Shown: piece after piece, positions 61,661 to 64,000 of the stretch
Layout: every line of letters begins with the position of its first letter
Position numbering within the stretch: the stretch's first letter is position 1
NCBI GenBank assembly: GCA_003427395.1
Contig: BFEA01000007.1
Span: 6,550,439-6,614,438 of the forward strand
Direction of reading: 5' to 3'
From: Chara braunii
Lineage: Eukaryota > Plantae > Charophyceae
Length of the DNA stretch: 64,000 nt
Notes under the pieces: model-generated
The model's database searches: none
What the model was told of the DNA's origin: nothing
The model's input: only the letters and a program-made list of their open reading frames with translations
Program-made: the position numbers and the translations under genes

Positions 61661-63608
61661 TAAGAAGTTAGTCCCAAATATAGTTGTACTTTGTCTTTGC
61701 ATATTCAACTTTGTATAAATGTTGGCAGTATCATTTTCCTACGGAAAGCACTGCCAAAATTTTTATAAGTTTGAAAGACTTAGTCATTTTTGGATACATG
61801 AAAATTATGAAAAGACACATTTCCTACGGGAAGCGCTGCCGAAATTTTGTAGAATTTGAGGAGTTAGATTATTTTCTGCTAGGAAAAATTTGGCAATCCA
61901 CCCTGTCTAGGGATGTCTAGGGGAGATGCTGCCGAAATTTTCAATAATTTTTTGAGCCCATTGGAAGAAGGTGAGAGATAAGTTAGCAGAGGAGTTAGAC
62001 CTACGACATGGAGCAAGTTCTCCTTAAACATAGTATTGGTTCGTTTTAACCTGGACTATGATGCAGGTATACGAATTTGATTGAAGGCTTGATTCGTTCG
62101 GCCTGATTTATGACACAACTTCTCTGCTTCTACATCTCAATCTAAAGCCTTGGCTCCTGTGGGTTTCCATGTTTCTTCGGATTTTCACCCAGATTTTTTT
62201 CTAAATGACAATTTTTTAAAGATTGAGCACCCTTTATTTGAGGGTTGGTGGAAATTGGTTGGGGCTTGTATGCCTAAGGCAGGGTGTGAGCCGCAGAAAC
62301 GCGGTAAAGTTGACTCCCTTAGTGTGTGTGATGTTGTTGTTTAAACTCTGTGCGATTGCAGGTATGCTTACAATATTTTTAAATTGAGTTTGGTGATAGT
62401 CTGAGTATTGTGTGAATGCGGATGGACAAGCCACACAATTGTTGTGAGAGTGATCGTCTGATACCACACAAACTTTTGCTTGACTGCTTGAACTACCTCT
62501 GCTTAGCGTAATTATAAGGAGAGCCTACAGTGGTCATGAAAAGTGATAGCCTCATATTTCATAACCCCACATATACGTATATGTATATATTTCCACTTAC
62601 ATATACACATACATTCAATATCGGTATAGTCTGTTGTGACCGCGTGCGAGAGTTAAACAAACTATGTCTCGAGAGAAAATGGAGAATTTCCTTTTACCTT
62701 TTGTTTTTTAGAGTTATTACGGTTGGACGTTGTAGTCTGTGACAACCGTCAAAGTCAACCCCCTTCATTTCTCTCAAGGCCCTGGATGATGGAGCTTGCC
62801 TCCTGGGCCGCGAGAGCGACTGCCACCACAAGTTTTAACCTGTGTCCCACCCACTCTCCGCAGGGTGCAGAAGAGGCTGTGGTTCTCAACCACACTTGGC
62901 GGTTATCTAGCGTCGAGAGATTAACCCCTCAAGGCGCGTGTCAGCCGACACTTGAGTGTCAAAACGTGACCTCCGATATTATCGAGGGTCTCGTGATTAC
63001 AGGTGCTGCATAGTACTCCATCGTTGCGACTGCGTGCATATGTTTGCATTGCTAGTCATCATGAGAAAAACCTAACATTTGCGCAATTTTATTTTGAATC
63101 TCGCGCACAACACCTAAACGATCTCCGTATTAAAAGGTTATGGGTTGGATATTGAAGGGAATAGGAAAGTTTGTTTTTGTGTGTATTTTATTTTTTGTCT
63201 GGTGTAACGCGTCCTAGTCGACTGACGGGAAGTCGTGGTTGGGACCTCAACCCCCCAACGCGTCGATTCGCGTGCGAGTCCGATTGAGGGGTGTTGACCG
63301 CGCGTACCCCCTATGCTACAGCGAATGAGAAAACGCCCTCGGTCGGGCCACCTTTACGATTGCATACAAAAAACTTTCGCAAGTGGTTCGGTAGCTCCGC
63401 GGTGATATGCCCACCCAAGGGATGGTGATAGCTCCCGCGGGTGGAGGTAAGTTGTGCTCACGTGGACCTATCATGTCATAGAGGCTCGCAAGAGGTACGA
63501 CTGACGCACTCGGCCTGAGCTGCAAATCGCGCTCTACGATGAAATCCTGCAAAATCCTGCGTGACGCGGCCGGAAGGATCCCCCTGCGGGACCGATGCAC
63601 TCGACAAC

Positions 63609-63610
<2 letters not shown>

Positions 63611-63667
<57 letters not shown>

Positions 63668-63985
63668 GGGGCACACATACACACACACGCACGTGATACG
63701 CAACACGCATACACACACACTCTACTCTACGACACTCAACTCTACTCTACTCTACGACACTCTATTCCTCTCTACAACACTCTACTCCACTCTACAACAC
63801 TCTACTCTATGGCATTGTACTCTACTCTACTTCACGACACTCTATTATATGACACTCTACTTTACGACACTCTACTATATGACACTCTACTTTACGACAC
63901 TCTACTATACGTACTCTACCATATTCTACTGTACTTTACTCTACTCTACGACACTCTACTCTACGACAATCTACTCTACTCTACG
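63611..63985 (+). repeat. (CA)n followed by (ACTCT)n / CTCTACTCTACGACA minisatellite
   Basis: Read directly. Confidence 0.93.
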
Positions 63986-64000
63986 CCCCACCCACCCACC

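Larger units (their letters stand above)
54900..63610 (+). mobile_element. Large non-coding LTR-retroelement-like segment (limits uncertain)
   Basis: Shares 59562-59811 with the LTR at 42830-43242, and 63200-63570 with 15530-15870; no gag/pol recognised. Confidence 0.4.

Noticed and set aside
62455-62467. TGGTATCAGA (minus strand), PBS-Met-like
   Set aside because: Only 10 nt, not preceded by an LTR-terminal CA, and opposite to the inferred element orientation.

Overview
Repeat-dense eukaryotic genomic DNA with seven N-gaps and many microsatellites. No host protein-coding gene, rRNA or intact tRNA is recognisable. The LINE ORF1 type and overall repeat style suggest a charophyte alga such as Chara; this is an unverified inference. 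The window is a nest of transposons: a decayed L1/Tx1-type LINE (about 43.5-49.0 kb, minus strand), a decayed Helitron (PIF1 C-terminus, an extra 558-codon frame, hairpin-CTAG end; about 17.3-20.2 kb), three large non-coding Ty3/gypsy-like LTR segments, and several MITEs. Highlights: (1) an array of 17 stem-loops spaced about 61 bp apart, with a near-invariant ATAAGTT loop and co-varying stems (60.0-61.3 kb), plus two analogous hairpin clusters with different loops (12.4-12.9 kb and 20.6-21.0 kb); (2) a complete type III hammerhead ribozyme at 52075-52134 with a truncated inverted partner; (3) a Nextera mate-pair junction adapter at 53983-54020 marking an assembly artefact. Most ORFs in the supplied track are by-products of repeats.
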